DNA of 64,000 nt from Bispira polyomma (GCA_965649765.1 OZ287749.1:40548001-40612000), one strand, 5' to 3'. Shown: positions 30,022-44,300, counted from the stretch's first letter. Notes: generated by a model from the sequence alone, not told the origin. Translations and numbers: made by a program.

Positions 30022-30221
30022 NNNNNNNNNNNNNNNNNNNNNNNNNNNNNNNNNNNNNNNNNNNNNNNNNNNNNNNNNNNNNNNNNNNNNNNNNNNNNNN
30101 NNNNNNNNNNNNNNNNNNNNNNNNNNNNNNNNNNNNNNNNNNNNNNNNNNNNNNNNNNNNNNNNNNNNNNNNNNNNNNNNNNNNNNNNNNNNNNNNNNNN
30201 NNNNNNNNNNNNNNNNNNNNN
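30022..30221. other. Assembly gap (200 N)
   Basis: Run of N, followed by two copies of a 22-bp unit (TTATGTATAAATGTACCCAAAC) at ~30240-30285. Confidence 1.
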
Positions 30222-33200
30222 CAGAAATACTGACAAAAGTTATGTATAAATGTACCCAAACTTATGTATAAATGTACCCAAACTTTCGTGTAAAAATGCA
30301 ACACTTGTTGGTTACTTCCGGGAGGAGAAGTATCATAGTTAATCAATCAATGTATCTTCTAAATTACTCCCTACCCCCCACACACATAGATAGACTCTCA
30401 CCACAGACATCCAGATAGACAACAGGAATTCTCCAGAATCCCATCCCTAGTCTTACCGTAGTCTCTAGTATTCTGTGAAGGCAAGAGATGGAGCAGCTGA
30501 CCTGAATAACACAATGTTGTATTGTATTGCCTGTATAAGGCATTTTTCACATGTCTTTTTGATGCCAGTAGCATCTTCTAAACCACAACATCAGCATCGA
30601 TGAACAAATAATTCTAATTATTACATGCTGTAATCTGAATACATGACCATTACCATCAGTAGGGAACCACATGTTGACATCTTGTCCAAGTATCATCTAA
30701 TGACTATAATAGTGTTAGAATTTCTACTAGTAATTGAACCAGTGACCGTCTGATTACTAGACCTACTCGGTAATTCACTGGGCCTGATAATATGTTCTTC
30801 GAATCTTACAATTTCTTATCGTTCTTATTCGAGGAGGTATGTTCTTAGTATCTGAGGGATCTAGTGCTGGCAAGAAAACATGATCTTTTACTTATAAGAG
30901 TACTTTATGATAGCATAATACTTGTACATACATGTATTTAAACATTTAATTGTTTCAAATTAAATGAGATTTCCTGGCAAACTTTTGAGCCTTATACAAG
31001 GCTATATATATCCCCCCCCCCCAACCTCTATCCTCCTAGTAATAAAGACTGGTGTGTAAGGATATACCAGCTGTGAGGAGAGTTTCCTTATTACCAGGAA
31101 GGATCTAAAAGCCCTCATCATGCCTTTCTAATTTACACCTAATTTGTGAGATAACAGCAGATTTAGCTTATCATAACACCACACTGAGTACGTGTAGTAG
31201 TTGCTCTGGTCAGAACACCAAGGGTGGTGGTGGCTGTGGATAGGCAGATAAAGACCCACACACTTGCTGTGGACTGGAACCTTCAAATTTGAAGGTGATT
31301 ACTTAAATGAAATCCCTCTTCCATCCCAAATCAATTCTCCATGGGTCACCAATTATACAGGTCACGTGTCCGGGGTTTTAAATTATAGAGACAGGAAGAT
31401 ACTATGAGTACGTCATTGGATCGTCGACCATCCACCACCATCTCCACGCTTTTATAACTATCATGTCTTTGTGTCGTGGTATATCAATACAATACGTCTC
31501 TTATACATAGGTCTTATTTATTACCCCAATCGCCGCTTTGAATGTGTCACGAATAAATCTGTGACGAAAAGTAGCCCTACGTGTCGAAACGTATCGAAAT
31601 GTTTTTTAGAAACGTTTGTATACGTGAGGATCCGTAGCTCCGTCACAATAGTTTTCAACTGTTCAGAAATACTACCACAGATCTGCCATTCGCGGTGTGT
31701 TTAGGAGGGTTTTTTCGTCACTTATTAGTGTCAAACGGATAACACAAACGTGACTTAAATTTTTTGATTTTAAAATGTGACGTCTGAGGGAAATCAACAG
31801 ACGAATCGGCCAGTTTTATCTGTTCTTTCTTCGAACTCCACAAATAGCACATAGAAGACGTCTCATAACTAAAGACCAACACGTAGAACCTTGATCCTTG
31901 ACTATCAGATTATTATGTCAGATGCAATTCTATCCCCAATTCATTTAGTATGTTGTCCCATCTGCTTGTTGTTTAAGACGTGATTAGCTCTGATTTGCAG
32001 AATCTGAGTTGTTTGAACTGTTGTCCATAATGTTCTCATATAGTGGTAACCACACCGGCCAGGTGATAATAAGGTTTCTAAACCCAAAATAGGTACACAA
32101 AAATGCGTGTATTTCGGTGGGTCCTCTCTGTAGGGAGAGTTAGACAAGGGTTTTGTTATTTTATTTAAAGGGGGAAAGTGACCTGGCTAATTAGCTGTAT
32201 GTCAAGGTCAGTTCTGGATTAAACTAGAAATATACCTATAATTCTACCATGAATAGCGAAAGTATTTTCTGGGGTAATAGATTGGTTGAGGTATCTATAT
32301 AAATGTAAACAACTACCCTAAAAGTTTTGTTTACATTTACTTTGGAGATTAAAACATCAAATCAAGAGTGTTACTTAAACACGTTATAGACGTAACAACC
32401 TGAAACACCTGCATTTGCTTTACGTTTTCAATTTATCTCCAAAACAAAACAAAAAAGTTTAAGAAATACTACAGTTAAATATAGCATGTTATAACGCTTT
32501 TTGAAGATGCCTCTCTGTATTGTTGTCTGGTTTTCCAATCTGTGCAAAGGATTTGGACAGATGTGTTAATAAGAGCAATGTAAACATTTCCAACAAAAAA
32601 AAAAACTCACTAAAAAATTTCCTTGTCGCGTGTGGCCAACAGTATGTCAGTTCATTAACTTTTGCATAAGAAACTCTAGTTACATATATATACACGTTAC
32701 ATACTACACACACACACATGCTATTATATTTGTCTAAAAAGTGGAAAGATGAATTCTACCATTCGTGTAAAACTGTCAAAGGGGGTGTCAAACCGCGCGC
32801 TTATTTAAAATGTTATTCAAAAATGCAGGAAATGAACCCTGGCTTTTTGTCAGCTTGCCAGAAGTTGGGGTGGGGGGGGGGGGGGGGGGTGTATACATGT
32901 ATATGTGAGTATAAAGTTTGTTGTCTGTGCCCGCCTTCTATAATGGATATGGCACGCGACAGACGTATTCCCGCCAAAAGAAAAACCAAACACTTTTTGT
33001 TGGACTGAAGTGGCTTTTAAATCAATCTTCTGTTGATTTTGTCGTATTTTTGTAGTAAGGCGGGAGTATTGTGTAGGTGGGACAGAGTGGGGTGGTAAAT
33101 AGTAAAGGTTTTTGTCAATGAGCTAATAATATATACACACCAAGGGGATTTGTGTTGAAAATAGGTTTTAACCCAACTGTAGTTATTATAATACTCAAGG

Positions 33201-34499
33201 TTATGTGACTTGTGGTTTTTATCTGCTGAAAATAGTTCTTATTATCAAGCTTGGAATTGTCTGACAAAAGCTCTCAATAAAATTAACATTAAAATGCTAT
33301 ATCAATTTCATCTTCTGTTTTAAACCACCTCAGCCTGCATAACAGATTTCCCCATAACGGCCGTGGTACAAGTAATTGAGTGTATAGATTTGCTTACAAG
33401 TCTTTACTGTTGGTGAAGCACTGTATGACTGCATTTTAAACAGTTCCTATTCCATTAAAAAGGTGTCAGCACTAGTGTTTTTATAACTGCCAGCTTCTTT
33501 ATTTTATCCCAAATGTAAATCCACACAGAGATATAGAGTAAAAGTCATAATGCCCTCATTGAAGGACCTTGCACAAGGTCTACTGAGTGTATGAACTGAT
33601 TTGTAATCGGTGAACGTGTTGAAAGCATATTGGCTATAATTTCATTGTTTGCTAAACCCAGTAAATTGATCATAAACCATATGTCCAAAAGAAGCTCCCC
33701 TACTTAAATCTTTTAGACTCCTAAACACGTGGATGTTTATCTCGTTTCTTCTAAATTTATTTTTATCAGAAATCTTTTTGGCAGCTCTATAGAATTATCT
33801 ATCATTTAGTTTAATAAGAGTCAATATATCAACTCAGTTAAGTACCCTTCAAATTAGATCTGCTTGTTGAAAAAACTCCTGTAGTACGCCAAATATAAGT
33901 ATCCTATAAAAGGCAATTACTAAATAATATAAAATATATACTTTTTAAACTCTGTACTGATATCTTAAAAACAAACCACAACTTAGCTTATTACATGCAC
34001 TGTATTAGGTTACGATTGTGTTAATGTGTGTTTATAATATGCCATTTTTCTCTGCGAGTCACTGACACTTAAGGTCACCTTAACATGTGTTTTATCTATC
34101 TGATAAACAGGGTGATTCCCGTCTAAAAGTAGCAAGTCCCCTTTTTAAAGAAAAAGGGCTTGATACTGTCATAAATCATTGGAAGGCTCTTCATAAGTTA
34201 AATGTAAAATTGCTGCTTCCAATAATAAGTGGGGAAAATAGCTAGTCATTTAATTAACATAAAGCGTGGCTGGTTTGACCCCGAGGGGGGTAATGGCATA
34301 TATATATTTGGGGTGATGGGGAGGGGGTATGATAGAGGGGGAGGGGGTTACTTACAAATGTGCCCATGTGGACAGATATCTGGTGTGGGGAGACTGGCAT
34401 ATGCCATTTTGTTTGCGCGCGAGAGAGACTCTTCAGAAAGGGAGGGCACAGCAGAAAGGCTTCATTATATTCCAGCTCAATGGCCGGCAGACCTTAAAA

Positions 34500-34560
34500 A
34501 ACAGACCAGCTGGGAGTTGGTATAAAAAGGTCCTGTGGCACGCGACTTCTCTCAGAGGCT
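34500..34560 (+). promoter_or_regulatory. Candidate Delta core promoter: E-box CAGCTG (34507-34512), TATA box TATAAAA (34521-34527), class-C bHLH repressor site TGGCACGCGAC (34536-34546)
   Basis: Motifs read directly, in a locally GC/CpG-richer patch ~780 bp upstream of the ATG. The TSS is not verified. Confidence 0.5.
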
Positions 34561-35035
34561 AAAAGCGAGGTACACAGGGTTGGACGTGTGTGAGGAGATT
34601 GGTACAACGATTTGCTAGTACATGAGTAACAGGGTCTCTAAAGTATCATTGAAACTTGGGAGTGTGTGGAGACTGGTATCTAAAGTATAGATATCAGTAG
34701 TTATCACGACAAAAGGATAGATATATAATAAATATATATACACTACTTGGTTTACTAGGGTGGTGTTATTAATTAATAAAGCCTAAAACTGAAAAAGCCT
34801 TACTAGAGTTTGAATACACATGGATTTGGAAGTACTCAATCACTTAGTACTATATTGCATAAAGAATTAAGATACAATACTATAGCAACTTGGACTAAAG
34901 TCACATAAATAATTGCTGTTTCACTAATTTAAAAACTATATTACTTGGGCATGTTGTTTTGTGACTGTGTTAGTAATTATTTATTCTTGTCAATCAATCC
35001 AGGGGCCGTGAAACCTGATCAAATCGAGTAGTAGA

Positions 35036-35063
35036 GTGGGCGGAGCCTAAAGCAGTCACGTGA
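35036..35063 (+). promoter_or_regulatory. GC box (GTGGGCGGAG) plus palindromic E-box TCACGTGA; possible alternative/proximal promoter element
   Basis: Motifs at 35036-35045 and 35056-35063, ~250 bp upstream of the ATG. Confidence 0.3.
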
Positions 35064-35299
35064 AGCTGGCCTCGTTTGATGAGCAGTTTGAGAAAACAGC
35101 AACCGACTGTGTTGTGTGTATGTGTGTGAGAGCTTTATTGACGACCGTGAAAATACACTACTTCTACACACACATACTCATTGAACAGAAGAGAGAAAGT
35201 AGTGCGGTGTATTACTACAACTTTTACACCTATAAACATCAGTGCTCATACACTCTGGATAATGTAGTGTCTTTAAAAGTTCCCATCTCTTTTTGAGCC

Positions 35300-35362
35300 A
35301 TGGGTCCTATGATGCAGTTGTTGGGACTGTTGTGGATAACATTTCTCATCTGTCCTTTTCAG
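35300..35362 (+). CDS. Delta: Delta coding exon 1 (signal peptide [21 protein letters not shown])
   Basis: Strong Kozak context GCCATGG; hydrophobic leader; donor CAG|GTAATT in phase 0, matching exon 2. Confidence 0.85.
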
Positions 35363-38300
35363 GTAATTAACATATATATTATCTATATTGAATATGGTTT
35401 TATAACGAGGAACGAAAACATTGTATATATGTGGTTTTCTAAATTTCCTGGTTTGCAAATGTTTTGTAAATTGAATATAATGCCTAATGTAAATATTATT
35501 CCTGATTTTAAATTTTTTTAAAGCTAGTAAATATGACGGCTTATAATGTAATAGAATTTTGAGTGACATATCTGACTTAAAATTGAGAAGCCAACATTGT
35601 TTTAAAATTAACCAAGTACAGTATCACTGATATATATGTATTAGTGTTAATTCTCAGGGTGAATTTAATGACAAAAAGGGGTGCAGGCAAGTATTTGGGA
35701 CTAGATCCTGTAGTTGCCATGTACAGTACAGTAGGTCTGTTCTAACTAAAAAGTACAGTCGATAGATTATAGAAGGTGATTTTATTCAGGAAGCCTTTAG
35801 TTTGTGCTGATGATAGTGTGCTGATGATAACGTATATTCTCCTAATCTGTTTTTGCAGGTAGTACTTGGTTCAGGAGCTTTCGAGTTGAAGCTCAATTCA
35901 TTCATTAATCAGTTTGGATTAAACGATGAGGAGAATTGCTGCAGTGGCGTGAAGGATCATGATGGCCAGTGCACACAAAAGTGCCGTACTTTTTTTAAGA
36001 TCTGCCTCAAGCAATACCAGTCTCGTATCACGGATAGTACGTGTACCTTCGGAAGTGTTACAACACCTGTGATAGCCGAAAATTCATTCACCTTTACGGA
36101 TACCATCAATAATCCAAAGTTCAACATCAGTCCGATAAAGTTTAACTTTGCTTGGCCTGTGAGTACATACATATTATATATATATATAACTTGTTTGTAT
36201 TTATAATGTGTGTATGTGTGTCTATGCATCTTTTATAAGGCTGTCAGTACAGTAAGTTTAAGGGAGTATGTACGATTTGTGCTGATAGCAAAAGCTCAAA
36301 TATTGTACAGTAAGTTTAAGGGAGTAAGTTCCGACTCGTAATGAAATAAAAAACTCGAAGACAGAGGGACAAACTAAAACCTCTATTATCTGAACATGGT
36401 GGTGGAGAGTACAGGAGCAACATTTTTGTTTGGATAATTGAAGGTTTTACACAATAGAAGAGGCTATTTTACTATAAAACAACAGGAAATTTGGCAAAAT
36501 GAAAGCGTGTGTTCACAAAAATTGAATAATCGGATAATAGAACGTCGTTTAATTAGAGATTCTACGACATATAATAACCCTATTAACATTTTAGTTAAAT
36601 TTGTTCTATTGTTGTTTCATAAAAAAGAGTGTTGCAGTAAGGAATGCATATAGGGAGGGGTATGGCAGTCATTAGTTTTGTATTTCAGCATTTATTTGAA
36701 CTGATGCAGCCTTTTGACAAAACACTGCTAGTTTGTGATATTGGAATTTGGACAATAATATTGCAATAGGGAGGGAAGTTCTGTAAGTTCAACCCTGTTT
36801 GATAGTACAGTGCTCTACTATATTACAGATGTTTCTATTATTTACTGAGCACATTACCACATGATTGTAATACTGTACACTGCGTTTGATAGGGGAGAGG
36901 AGTGTGAGTGGAGGGGGGGGGGGGAGGGGGTTGTATGCACTGTGCAAACTAGAGGATAATTGCCCTGCATATTGACATCAAATATGCGGCAAAAATAAAA
37001 ATGACGTAAAATGAAACTAAGCATTGATAGGTTTGAATAAAAATTGAGGAAAAATAATCGATGTTGGAAGTGTGTTGAGAGTTAGTTGTAGTGTGTGTGT
37101 ATGTGTATGCTTGGAGATCACTAACTGCCAGCTGCAGTTCTAAAAACGAAATGTACACAGATTTGGAACTGTTTCCCTTGAAAATTTGGCATGACGCCAA
37201 CAGGCGATTTTAGGGGGGTGTAAACAATGTGCAGTTTTCTTGAAAAAATTGGTAGGTAAACTTCGAAGAGACCAATGTCACACTTTAAAAAAGTGCTGCT
37301 CAATTTACATCGAGTTACTTTTTGAAAGGACAAGAGCTGTTTGAAGTTTCGGAAGAAAACTGATTGGTTATGGTACAGGCACTCTGGGCCACATATATAA
37401 AGCCTACTTCCCAAGGTCACTTTGATTCAGTAATTAGGACCAACCATACAATTCCAGGATAGCTGTACTGTATAGGATATGAGAGAGTAATTATTGTTGA
37501 CACTAGAAAGGTCACCTGTTATAAGGCTCACTCTCTGATAACTAATTTGGGCCACTGGGAGTCATCAACATGACATAAATTATGTATCAGTTCATGAGAA
37601 AACAGCAGTTTGTAATGAGCTTCTGAGGTAAACTCAATGCCCCTGATAAAGTCCTAAATACTTATCATCAGGTTTGTCAGACACATCAATTTTTTGTCCA
37701 CCAGATAATGATGGGCGGAGGTTTTTATCATTTGTGATGTTCATAACCTGTCACTGACAGATTTCTAACCTCCCTCCCCAGGAGTATAAGGGGCTAGGGT
37801 GAGTAACTTTAAAAAACAGCGAAACCTTCGTTATCCAATTTAATTTTCTGAACACATTTTTACTCTCTCAAAATTAAATGTCCCTATCATTTTATATCCA
37901 TACACAATCTTGCACGTCCAACATGTTTGGATAATAGAAGTTGTACTGGTCATACCATGTCATACCTAGAGATAGAAGAAGTTGTCGCATATAGATATGA
38001 ACACACAGAGATAGCTGGGTATTAGTTTTAGCAAATAAACTGGCCAGTATTTAGTTAGCAAATGGTAGCCGATTCTCTGATACACATGGGAGAATACGTT
38101 TAATTGTGACCAAAACTGTATAAAATGTCAAAGGTTAATACTTAATGGTGAGGTGATGGTTTCTTCCACTATTCGAATATATTTATCAAAAAAAAAAAAA
38201 AAAACTACAGTAGAAGAGTGGATGCAGGGTGTTGGGTTGGGAGAATGCAGGGTCCCCAGTAGTGGGCTGTCTTTTTCAATGAGAAAAATATCTCCACTAT

Positions 38301-41300
38301 AAGACGGGGTGGGGTTAAGGGTGGGGGTGTACTAGTCCACCCTGTGGTGTGTGTCTGCCTTTACGCAACAACTCATCTGAAAAGATTGTCCTGGGAACAA
38401 ACTGAAATAAGAGTTTTCTCTGCACTGGACCCCTTTTTATGTGTGTGTGTGTGTATTAGATGTGTATAGAGAGTGTGTTGTATGGGTAAAACGACAGATG
38501 GTCCCAGAGAGTATATGCATAATACCTGTGTAATGAAGAAGGGGATTATAGTGAATCATTTATTAAACTGCAGTGGCAATATATAGGTTTTTTTCAACGA
38601 TATGCAACAGAAAAGTCCTCACAATGAAAAAATACATGTATATCGAATTTATATATAAAAATTGTTCACGGTAGTTTTTTTCCCCAGGTTCGGTAACACA
38701 GTAAAGAGGAAGAAGACAAAAGTCTTATGAATGAAAGCATGGAAAGAACATTGGTTTCTATGTAAAATACCCTGTACCAATTCGAGACTGGTTTAAAGAG
38801 GAATTATTTTGATGTAATATTTATGAAATATTATCTTCATTTTTCATTTTGAATAAAATTAATGTGTACTTTTTTTCTGGTATCGGAAAATATAACTTGC
38901 TGTATGTATTAGTTTAATATTGCAGAGGTATCTGTCCGCACACACAAATACATGTGTACAGTATACAGATCCAATATAATGATGTTATTATAAGAGATGT
39001 ACAGTAGAACCTCTATTATCCAAACTGCTATTATCTGAATATTCAATTTCCACTCTCTCAAATTTATGTTTTCATCATGTTTCATACTAAACTGCCTCTT
39101 TTATTTTATAAACCTTTATTATCCAAACAAATCTTGCTCTTCCAACATGTTTGATAATAGACGTGCTACTATATTTTTAAATAAAGTCTTTAGAAGACCT
39201 AGTAATATTCAGTATTGACCAGAATTCCAATGACTACGTACCGGTATTTTTGTGTACTGACTAACCTTTGTTTTGTCTTTCAGGGGACCTTTACCTTGAT
39301 CATAGAAGCATGGCATGACCTCAGCAATGTTGACCCCACTCAAGGTAAATAACTTAAATGCTCCCCCAAACCTTTATTTAGAACATAATATTGTCTTTCT
39401 AGATATATGGAATCACAAAGTATTTGTGGAAATTTTAGCGGTAAAAAAATTGACTAATATTTTTAAGGAATTCACCATCCAAGGTCAATATTTAAAATAG
39501 CTAAAATTAATTCCATTTGTGTAGTTTCTGTTATGAAATTCTGTTTTAACTGTATCACCTAAAATTTGGGGTATGTAGAAGTTATAGTGCACACTTTTCA
39601 CAGGATTTACACTGATTACCTGTATCTACAGCAACCAATGAGCCCAACTCACCTTAAAGGGGGGACGGAAGGCTTAGTAGTTAAAGCACCCACCATTTCA
39701 ATTAATGAAGTTATACACTGCTCTATTAAACTAACAGCTCCCAAGTTGTGGTAATCAGGGAGTTTCTGTGCCTACTAATGTGCATTGATTTACATGCGAG
39801 TTAATCTAAATCTAACTCGATCATCATCGGACATTAGAGCCAGGAGGGGGTGGGAGGGCTTATGGGTCTATCGTAATATAACAAAGGTCTTTACCACCTT
39901 TGTATTACATGGCCTTTTTCCTCCCACACAGTGAGACGGGAGATGAGAGAAAGCTAGTAACACTGATGAAATCGTGATAATTACAGGGAATTATTGGATT
40001 TCCAGAGAAATCACATCTCTGAAATACCTTGGCTATTTAAGCCGATGGAAGTCAACAACATAAAACACCTGCATTGTCTGTGCAATGTTATTCTCTTAAC
40101 GGTTAAGTAAGGGATAAGGGTAAGGTGAGGTGGGGAGAATGTCAGTTACTAAATATAGTAATACTGGGGCTTATGTTTTTACATTCTGCAGTTATATAAC
40201 AACCCGTTGGGGCGTGTCAGTGACTTCTCTGCCACTATGGCCTAGTGGGGTAATAGCACGATAGTTTAGGAGCACAGAGGTCCTGAGTTCAATTCTAGCC
40301 TGGGGTGACCAGGTATAGGTAGATACATAGTGGTTCGGATGGCCATTTCAAGTGGCGGTCATCTGTCATGATTTGGTCCTCTCCCCAGTCGCAGACTTAA
40401 AAATCCTAAGCGACGTTGATAAAATGGTCGTTCCCAAGTCTGTCTCTTCAGTTGAGGGGACTGATAGTTAACTGATACTGGTTAGCAGTCAGGAAAAGGT
40501 TTATACCATTTGAATAAACTACAGTACAATGATATGCTTTATTGTATATAGGTACACATAAGTCTTGAGTAAGGTTGTTCGATGTTAAGCATTGTTTGCT
40601 CAGTAAATGAGTTTTGTACACTGGTTACCTAAGCTTTGTACCTAAGCTTCCATCCAATTAAACCTTCCCCTTTGGTTCCAGAATTTTGTGATAGTGGTGA
40701 TAGATTCATGTGTTTCCTTGATAAAAGTCAGTACACATGTACTTATCAACACCAGGTTGAAATGAGAGATGAGGTTATTATTATCAAAGCCTGCCAAGCA
40801 ATGTGCTGGCCACACTTTGTACTGCTATTTATTATTGGCTTCTAAACAATCTGCTGAAATATCTACTGGAAATTTGACCGTGGATTTGTCCATAAGAACA
40901 AAAGAAAACTCAGTCATTTTCTCAGCTGTTGATTTGTAAGTGTGAGGCTCTGCTTTTTTTGGTATTGGGTTAACGTCTGTAGCAGCTAGCTTCCGATAAA
41001 TGGATTCATTGTGCACTAATACAAGACCTGACTATGTAATAGTGCATTAATATATTGGAATAATAATAGTACTCAAGAAAATCCTTGTTAAGTGTAGAAT
41101 ATATGCATTTGTTCTTGCCAGTATTTCACATTATTTGATGTTGCTAAAAAGATCTGCATATTGTTTTTGTTGATAGGATTGTTATTAATTTTTCACTGAA
41201 AACAACCATATATTTGCTTCTGAATCAGTACAAAGAGAGTAAACGAATTTACAATCTCTGTGGATTTACAAGCTTATCAAGAAACAATCAGATAAGTAAT

Positions 41301-44300
41301 ACTGAGTCAACAAGTAGCTATTCATTGTAAAATCTCAAGATATAACTATGGAGTAAGATGGACTAGCTAGCGTTTTGCTTTCCTCTCTATAAAAGTTAGA
41401 TAAGATGTACTGAACCAGAATCAACCAAAAAATAAACTGAACAATTGTTCTAAATACAAGTTAAGTATACTATATACACTCTGAATTCAACCCAGGGAAA
41501 TTATAGGGAAAAAAATCATGCAAGAATGCAGCTTTTGCACCAGAATATATCTGTAAAAGTTGAATGAGTTTATTAATATTAAAGTGGAGGGTTTATAACG
41601 TGTACTCTGTATCCCCTTCTCCCCCCTCCCAGCCCTTTGTGACCACCATAGCCTCAGTGTGTTACCATGAATAAATGCTCAGGTGATAAGGAGCTGATAA
41701 TTCCATAAAGAAAACAATCAGGTATTTTCGTTCCCACAGTGATAGGACCCTCCCAGAAAAAACATTTAGTTCAGCATGCACTGAGTAGGTTTTTTTCCAG
41801 TGGTATAAGTGTTGTACTGGTCCTAACCAAATCCCTGCATTTTTTAAACTGCATGCACATCGGGAAAACAAACAGCGGACAACTGAGCCACATTCAGGTG
41901 TCGCTGGCACTCAGCCACTATATTACAGTATAACGTAAACTTATCGGTTGATGGCTGCCAAAAATTAACACCCTTCCCAGAGGACAAGGCCTCTTTCAGA
42001 TTTGTAATGCTTGTAAACAAGATCGAATGTAGTTAATTGTTGTTATAAATTTAAATACAAATACAAAAAAAAATACAAAATAAATTTGAATGGTTCCTTT
42101 TTGTGAAGTAGATAAAATTGAGTTTAATGGATGGCTGTATGTCTTTTGGCACGATCAAGGTTTTGCAAAATAACCGCCATTGGACTTCCATTTAATAGTT
42201 TACAGTGCTTAGAACTTCCTGGCGTCTGTTCCTGCAGTTAAGATATTTATACAAAGTGATAAGTAAATCAGGATTTTTAAAGCCAAATAAAGCAAGTCAG
42301 TGTGAGTGTAGTGTTTGGATGTGTAAGTGACACCTTCAAATTTTCTGTGCAACTGTGTGTATTGTTTTAATGTATGTTCTGAGTACTGGCAAAACCAAGG
42401 TGCGAAGAGTGAATACTTAACCTTGTTATTAAACAGTGTTAATTGTGTGAGATGTATAGATTGAGAAATCTTTAGTACAATGTCATGTGACCTGTGGGAA
42501 CTCAGCATGTGTTATGCAGAGAAATGTCCAGGGTTTATCTTAAGCTAACAGGTTTTTATGTACCAAAAAAACAACCTTAATGAGGCTGTATTTAGAATTA
42601 AAGTGGGCCCAACTTAGTTAGACATAGTAAATGGACAGATTTCCATCATTATACATGTATTACCTTATTGTTATGGCTAAATACACAAATTATATAAAAT
42701 ACTGATGTTATTAATATTGCTTATAAGATAATTGTGGAGAGAAGTTTACACAAGCTTTTTGGCACATACTTGACACACTTTGAGTATAATTTTAAACAGT
42801 CAGCTGATTAACAGGGTTGACTTTAAATTAAAAAACCTTTGTTACACTACATATTTCTCTCCATGTAAAGGGCAAATTGAGTTAACTAGGCAATAACTAT
42901 AACAGGCTGTACAATTGTACATATGTATTAAAAACTTTTATTTCAAAGAATGTTAGTAGTTTTTTAAACTTCACTGTATTTTAAAACCTTTATATTGTGT
43001 TCAAATTTACACTCAACCAGCACCAGTAACTGTCATTCCCCTAGTTGAAGAGGGAGACTTGTGGATGGCGTTGTTTAGCCTGGCATTGGGATTTAGGGTA
43101 ACAATACAAATTTCATTAGATACTTTGGGACTTGTGTTCGTGGCTCATCCCATCTCCCTTTAATTCTGGCTATATTATGTTCATAATCTTATGATACTCT
43201 TTCTAATTACACAGGCAGTCCCAGAGAACTAATCAGTCAACTAGCGACGCAGCGCTCTGTGGTAGTTGGGGAGACTTGGCAGAATGACAGTTATACAAAC
43301 CACACACGGCTGGAGTACAGCTATAGGGTGGTGTGTGACACCAATTACTACGGATCAGAGTGTGCTGACCACTGCAAAGCAAGGGACGACAAGTTTGGGC
43401 ATTACACCTGTGGTCTAGATGGGACCAAAGTCTGCTTAGATGGCTGGAAGGGCACTTACTGCGACAAAGGTAGTTATATATACATTGTATACACAACAAA
43501 GGTAGTTATATATACATTGTATACATGACAAAGGTAGTTAGATATATATTGTATACACAACAAAGGTAGTTAGATATACTTTGTATACAGTAGACTGCCA
43601 GTATAACAATTAAGTCAAATGTCTGGTGTGAACATTCAAAAATACTAGTTGTAAGGTGAAAGTAGAAATTAGGCATAGGTAGAACCTAATGCTATAGGTA
43701 CTTCACATCATTGACTGCCAAGTACATGACACAACACTGCAGGGGATGACACAACACAACAGTCAAAATCACATCAAACATCACACAACACTACACAATC
43801 TATATAAATATTAAAGAAAGTGCAATGCCCGTTCAATATGAACTTAAATAATCAATACCAAACTATACATGTTTAAACTGTAGCATAAGGCCACAAAGAA
43901 TGTGAAGTGAGACTTGTCACCACACACAAAACTGTCTTAAGGTCAGCTTTGAAGCAGGAGGGACAGAGAAACAAACTACATCACCATGGTGTGTGTGTAC
44001 ACCTGTATGCAAAAAATCACCTTTTTGGCTAGAAAATTCATTGAGGAAAAAATAATAGAAAATACTCTTTTAAAGTTGTGACCAGTAGTTCTTGTCTGCA
44101 GACATTAGTGACACAACATCCTGATGTCACAGTACTTGCACTACATACATATATATCTATACAGCTGTGTGTGTACATTATATAGAATTATAGTCAGAGA
44201 TCTTATATATAATATGTATGAGTCTCTTGTCATCTGCCCTCAAGGCCTGTACGTAATGAAACTTACACTATAAGGTTCTCTGTACACACACAACCAACAT

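Noticed and set aside
29862-30346. Five ORFs containing X runs
   Set aside because: Artefacts of the 200-N assembly gap.
43211-43218. Tandem acceptors ACAG|GCAG (also TCAG|CCAG at 49958-49965)
   Set aside because: The second AG is 4 nt downstream (frameshifting) and is explained by the coding sequence; no evidence of use.
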